Positions 59,736 to 64,000 of a stretch of DNA of 64,000 nt are shown piece after piece (the stretch's first letter is position 1; every line of letters starts with the position of its first letter). This stretch comes from Sulfurovum sp. (GTDB taxonomy: Bacteria; Campylobacterota; Campylobacteria; Campylobacterales; Sulfurovaceae). A program made the translations under genes and the position numbers. Location of the stretch: NCBI GenBank assembly GCA_027063305.1, contig JAMORY010000014.1:47840-111839 (forward strand), in the 5' to 3' direction. Below the pieces are notes generated by a model that was not told the DNA's origin, ran no database searches, and saw only the letters and a list, made by a program, of their open reading frames with translations.

Positions 59736-60209
59736 CTATATAAATATCTCCGGAGGGAAAGAGACTGCTATCGGTGCATGCAGCTGCATGGTAACATTAC
59801 CGCTGTCACTGTTTTGATAGAGCTGATACGGTACATAAAGGAACCGTGCGCCAATCTTGTCCCCTCTTTTTTCACGCTCTTCAAGATGCACCCGGATACC
59901 ACTCTTGGTCTGCGCCTGATACGCTTCAGGGATCATCACTCTTGTCACGATCACCAATCCGGCGATATCTGCTTCTTTGTCCGTTTTTTCACGCAGGTGC
60001 GTTATCAGCTTCTCATATTGACTGTCATGATCGGTTTCATTGACCGTGTCGATACTCCTGATGATCCCCTCATCATAGAGAAGCATCGCAAAAGGACTGA
60101 GTTCCTTTCCCTTTTCAATCTCTTCCTTCGCAAACATTACTGCCTCGTTCACCATATCAAACAGTGCCTCTTCATCCATCACCATTCCTTTATCTATCCG
60201 TTTTGACAT
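59736..60209 (-). CDS. Hypothetical protein
   Basis: 157-aa ORF with plausible composition; no motif recognised. Confidence 0.65.
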   Translation of the reverse strand: MSKRIDKGMVMDEEALFDMVNEAVMFAKEEIEKGKELSPFAMLLYDEGIIRSIDTVNETDHDSQYEKLITHLREKTDKEADIAGLVIVTRVMIPEAYQAQTKSGIRVHLEEREKRGDKIGARFLYVPYQLYQNSDSGNVTMQLHAPIAVSFPPEIFI

Positions 60210-60344
60210 TCATGAAGTATTCTAACGTAGTGAAGCTGACAAGGTATGTTATTTCATTGCACAGATAAATATTTTTCCACTCCTTAAACCCATTTGGGTA
60301 TAATCACGTTAGTTATTGACACTCTATTCTATGAAGGTTTAAAC

Positions 60345-61637
60345 ATGTCCATCTCCGTTGTTATTCTCGCTGCCGGTCAAGGTACGCGAATGAAATCCAC
60401 CAAACCCAAAGTCCTGCATGAGATCTCGGGAAAGCCGATGCTCTTTCACGCTATCGATGCGGCACAGCAGATCAGTGATGACATTGTCGTGGTCCTCTAC
60501 CACCAGGCCGAACGTATTCAGACACAGATCGAAGAGGTGTACGAGGGTGTCCGCTTCCATATGCAAGACGCTCAGCAGTTCCCAGGTACAGGCGGTGCGA
60601 TGAAAGGGGTCACGACCAGACACAGCCGTACGCTCATTCTCAACGGTGATATGCCGCTTATTACCAAAGCCTCGCTCGAAGCGCTTACAAGTGGTGATGC
60701 CGATATCAATATGTCCGTGATTGAACTTGAAAACCCCAACGGATACGGTCGTGTCATCATCGAAGAGGGCAAAGTGCTGGAGATCGTTGAGCAAAAAGAC
60801 TGTACTCCGGAGCAACTGGAGGTCAAAACGGTCAATGCCGGTATCTATGCGGTCAACACCGCTCTTTTGGAACGCTACATCCCACAACTTGACAACAACA
60901 ACGCCCAAAAAGAGTACTACCTTACCGATATTGTCAAAATGGCAGTAGAGGAAGGCAGAACCGTACATCCTGTCTATGTTGCCGAAGAGGAGTTCAAAGG
61001 GGTCAACTCCAAGCTTGACCTTGCACACGCAGAAGAGATCATGCAACGACGCATCAAAGAGGCGCTCATGATGCAAGGGGTCATCATGCGTCTGCCCCAG
61101 ACCATCTATATCGACTGCCGTGCAGAGTTTGAAGGGGAGTGTATCTTGGAGAACGGGGTCAGCATCCAAGGAGAGAGCCGTCTTGTCAATGCGCACATCA
61201 AAGCAGGCTCCGTTATCGAAGATTCGCATATCGAAGATTCCGACGTTGGGCCTATGGGACGCATCAGACCCGGGACGACCCTCAAAGGAACCCATATCGG
61301 GAACTTTGTCGAGGTTAAGAAGTCAACACTTACAGGTGTCAAAGCGGGACACCTTGCATACATCGGAGATGCAACGGTAGAAGAAGGCTCCAACATCGGT
61401 GCAGGGGTCATCACCTGTAACTACGACGGCAAGAAGAAGTACCAGACCAAGATCGGTAAAAATGTCTTTGTCGGTTCCGACACACAACTTGTTGCCCCGG
61501 TGACCATCGAGGATGATGTCATGATCGCGGCAGGAAGTACGATCAATAAAAATGTAGAGAAAGGCGCTTTGGCTATCTCCAGAGCCCCGATGAAAACAAT
61601 CAAGAACTTCTTCTATAAATTTTTCGGAGCAAGCTGA
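60345..61637 (+). CDS. glmU: Bifunctional UDP-GlcNAc pyrophosphorylase/GlcN-1-P acetyltransferase
   Basis: ILAAGQGTRMKS..PKVLH; EYYLTD; GNFVEVK; TCNYDG. Confidence 0.97.
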   Translation: MSISVVILAAGQGTRMKSTKPKVLHEISGKPMLFHAIDAAQQISDDIVVVLYHQAERIQTQIEEVYEGVRFHMQDAQQFPGTGGAMKGVTTRHSRTLILNGDMPLITKASLEALTSGDADINMSVIELENPNGYGRVIIEEGKVLEIVEQKDCTPEQLEVKTVNAGIYAVNTALLERYIPQLDNNNAQKEYYLTDIVKMAVEEGRTVHPVYVAEEEFKGVNSKLDLAHAEEIMQRRIKEALMMQGVIMRLPQTIYIDCRAEFEGECILENGVSIQGESRLVNAHIKAGSVIEDSHIEDSDVGPMGRIRPGTTLKGTHIGNFVEVKKSTLTGVKAGHLAYIGDATVEEGSNIGAGVITCNYDGKKKYQTKIGKNVFVGSDTQLVAPVTIEDDVMIAAGSTINKNVEKGALAISRAPMKTIKNFFYKFFGAS

Positions 61638-62905
61638 TGCACGTTGATCTTAGCGGAAAATCCGTACTTCTTGGAGTAACCGGCAGTATCTCTGCTTACA
61701 AAGCATGCGACCTTGCCAGACTTTTCGTCAAAGCCGGTGCCCGTGTGCAGGTGGTCATGAGCCCTGCTGCACAGCGTTTTGTCTCGCCTCTGACCTTTGA
61801 AGCGCTTACTCGAAATCCTGTATTAACCCAAGAGAGTGAGAGCTGGAGCAGTACGCTCAACCATATCGAAACGGCAAAAGCGTGCGATGTATTCGTTATT
61901 GCGCCGGCAACGGCAAATACCATCAACAAACTCTCCAAAGGGATCGCGGACAACATCCTTCTTCAGACCGCACTCGCATGTGCCAAACAAATGCTCATCG
62001 CTCCGGCCGCCAATACGCAGATGCTTGCCAACCACTATACCACCGGCTCGATCAAGATGCTCAAGGTCAATGACATAGAGATCATCGAACCTCAAAGCAA
62101 ACGCCTTGCCTGCGGTGATGAAGGGAACGGCGCGCTCGCAGAAGTAAACGAGATATTCTTTGCCACTGCACGCACACTGCTAAAAGAGCCTTTCTGGGAG
62201 GATAGACGCATCGTCGTTACCGGAGGCGGTACACGAGAGAAGATCGATGAGGTGCGCTACATCTCCAACTTCTCTTCTGGAAAAATGGCAAAAGCGGTCT
62301 CTTTGGCACTCTACCTCAAAGGTGCCGATGTCTGCTACATCACAACCATGGGGAACGAGGGACTGCCGCAAGACCTCTACACCATCGATGTCGAAGATGC
62401 CAAAGAGTTGTACGACTACACTGTCGATGCGATCCGTGTTGCCAAAAAAGGGAAAATGAGCAAAACCTCCATGAACAACACCGATGCACCGCACCTTATT
62501 CAAAAAGAGCCATACCTCTTCATGGTCGCTGCCGTAGCCGACTACACACCTGCCTATCCGCAAAAAGGCAAACTGAAAAAATCGATGCTCGGCGACACAT
62601 GGCAGATCGAGCTTAAACAGACCACCGATATTCTCTCCAATATCAACAAGGACGGGCTCAAGAGTGTTGCATTCAAAGCAGAGATGAACTCTCAAGAGGG
62701 CTTGGAAAACGCCAAAGCCCTACTCGATGCCAAAGGGGTCGATGCCGTCTGCTACAACCTGCTCCAAGATGCCACCAGCTTCGGTGGGGATGAGAACGAG
62801 ATCACCTTCATCACCAAAGAGAAGAGCATCCCACTAGGCAGAGCCGACAAGCTCACCCTCGCTCAGCGTATCATCTCCCATGCCAAGGAGTTAAGCGATG
62901 CCTAA
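61637..62905 (+). CDS. coaBC: Phosphopantothenoylcysteine decarboxylase/ligase
   Basis: GVTGSISAYK; APATAN; PAANTQM; RYISNFSSGKM; AAVADY. Confidence 0.94.
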   Translation: MHVDLSGKSVLLGVTGSISAYKACDLARLFVKAGARVQVVMSPAAQRFVSPLTFEALTRNPVLTQESESWSSTLNHIETAKACDVFVIAPATANTINKLSKGIADNILLQTALACAKQMLIAPAANTQMLANHYTTGSIKMLKVNDIEIIEPQSKRLACGDEGNGALAEVNEIFFATARTLLKEPFWEDRRIVVTGGGTREKIDEVRYISNFSSGKMAKAVSLALYLKGADVCYITTMGNEGLPQDLYTIDVEDAKELYDYTVDAIRVAKKGKMSKTSMNNTDAPHLIQKEPYLFMVAAVADYTPAYPQKGKLKKSMLGDTWQIELKQTTDILSNINKDGLKSVAFKAEMNSQEGLENAKALLDAKGVDAVCYNLLQDATSFGGDENEITFITKEKSIPLGRADKLTLAQRIISHAKELSDA

Positions 62906-63587
62906 AGCCACCTTAAAACATCTGGCGATCATCATGGATGGCAACGGCAGATGGGCAAAGGCACGCGGGCTTAACCGTACCAAGGGACATGAGAAGGGCA
63001 TCGAGGTCATCCGTGACGTCACGACCTACTGTGCCAAACACCCTACTGTAGAGAGCGTTACCTTCTACGCATTCAGCACGGAGAATTGGAAACGCCCCAA
63101 GTATGAGGTCGATTTTCTCATGCGCCTGCTTGATCGCTACCTGGAGGAGGAGTTGGCAACCTACCATGCCAACAATGTCCGTTTCCAAGCTATCGGGAAC
63201 ATCGATGCACTCTCCCCAAAACTCCAAGCACGTATTCGCAAGACTGAGGAGGAGACACGCCACCATACCGACCTCACACACATCCTTGCACTCAACTACG
63301 GCGGCCGTGCCGAGATCACCATGGCTGTCAACAAGCTTATTTACGAGGGAAAAAGAGAGCTTGACGAAGCGGATATCTCCCATGCGCTCCAAACCCCCTA
63401 CAGTGATATCGACCTGCTTATCCGTACCAGTGGGGAGGAGAGAGTATCGAACTTTCTTCTCTGGCAGATCTCCTATGCGGAGTTCTACTTTTCACAAACC
63501 TACTGGCCCGATTTCAACAGAGACGAACTCGATGAGATCATCACCGATTTCGAACAGCGTACCAGACGCTTTGGAGGACTCAAATGA
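62898..63587 (+). CDS. uppS: Undecaprenyl diphosphate synthase
   Basis: HLAIIMDGNGRWA; AFSTENWKRP; IRTSGE.R.SNFLLWQ. Confidence 0.97.
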   Translation: MPKATLKHLAIIMDGNGRWAKARGLNRTKGHEKGIEVIRDVTTYCAKHPTVESVTFYAFSTENWKRPKYEVDFLMRLLDRYLEEELATYHANNVRFQAIGNIDALSPKLQARIRKTEEETRHHTDLTHILALNYGGRAEITMAVNKLIYEGKRELDEADISHALQTPYSDIDLLIRTSGEERVSNFLLWQISYAEFYFSQTYWPDFNRDELDEIITDFEQRTRRFGGLK

Positions 63588-64000
63588 CACAAACAGTGAT
63601 CCTACCCTTGATCATATTTATTTTCGGCGCCATGATCGGCTCATTCTTGAACGTGGTCATCTATCGCATCCCTAAAGGCGAGAGCATCGCTTTTCCCGCT
63701 TCGCACTGCCAACACTGCAACACACCGCTGAAGTGGTACCACAACATCCCTATCCTCTCATGGCTCTTTCTTGGAGGAAAATGCGCTTTCTGTCAGGAGC
63801 CTATTGCCAAGCAATACCCCATTGTCGAGTTCATCACGGGTATGATCTTCGTACTGCTCTACCTTAAACTCGGACTTGTCTGGTATCTGCCATTCGTTGC
63901 ATTCTCGTTTGCCGCTCTCTTTGCACTTGTAATGATAGACTTCAAATATATGGCAGTACCTGACAACGTCAACTTCACAGCACTCATCTTTGCGCTTGTA
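63584..64000 (+). CDS. Prepilin peptidase (A24), N-terminal part (runs off window)
   Basis: Manual translation: FGAMIGSFLNVVIYRIPKGESIAFPASHCQHC...WYHNIPILSWLFLGGKCAFC; ATGA overlap with uppS. Confidence 0.9.
   Translation, partial: MTQTVILPLIIFIFGAMIGSFLNVVIYRIPKGESIAFPASHCQHCNTPLKWYHNIPILSWLFLGGKCAFCQEPIAKQYPIVEFITGMIFVLLYLKLGLVWYLPFVAFSFAALFALVMIDFKYMAVPDNVNFTALIFALV

Noticed and set aside
60339-61295. 318-aa antisense ORF over glmU (also 28947-29963 over hisD, 20623-21627 over guaB, 45131-45838 over ilvB)
   Set aside because: Shadow ORFs of strongly conserved genes; no motifs or RBS; expected from codon bias.

Overview
Chromosomal window from a Campylobacterota (Epsilonproteobacteria) bacterium, probably Sulfurovum-like. 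The taxon is inferred from gene order (tolQR-atp-parAB-birA-fmt-proB-obg; xseB-metX...guaB-gatA-ileS) and protein style; no database search was run. Most of the window is housekeeping: the F1/F0 ATP synthase b', b, delta, alpha, gamma, beta and epsilon genes, Met/His/Ile-Val biosynthesis, a 7-tRNA cluster, metH, lpxD, glmU, coaBC and uppS. The best candidate for a new system is a six-gene minus-strand operon at 46.3-53.4 kb, with no CRISPR elements in the window. It encodes a TPR-CHAT protease and a caspase-family (C14) protease, both with intact His/Cys dyads and signal-peptide-like N-termini, plus a Sel1-repeat protein, a lipoprotein frameshifted in a G6 tract, an atypical sigma-70/ECF-like factor with a hairpin-occluded RBS, and a zf-HC2 transmembrane anti-sigma. 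This reads as an envelope-located proteolytic cascade controlling a sigma factor. Other notable items: a c-di-GMP-I riboswitch before a stand-alone PAS protein, an ODP (di-iron) histidine kinase/response regulator pair followed by a candidate C-rich-loop sRNA, a dense mosaic of REP/REPIN-like palindromes at 36-38 kb, a heptad-repeat-plus-hairpin element at several gene 3' ends, an AT-rich lipoprotein gene between metY and metX, and a 41-aa membrane ORF missed by the ORF track.
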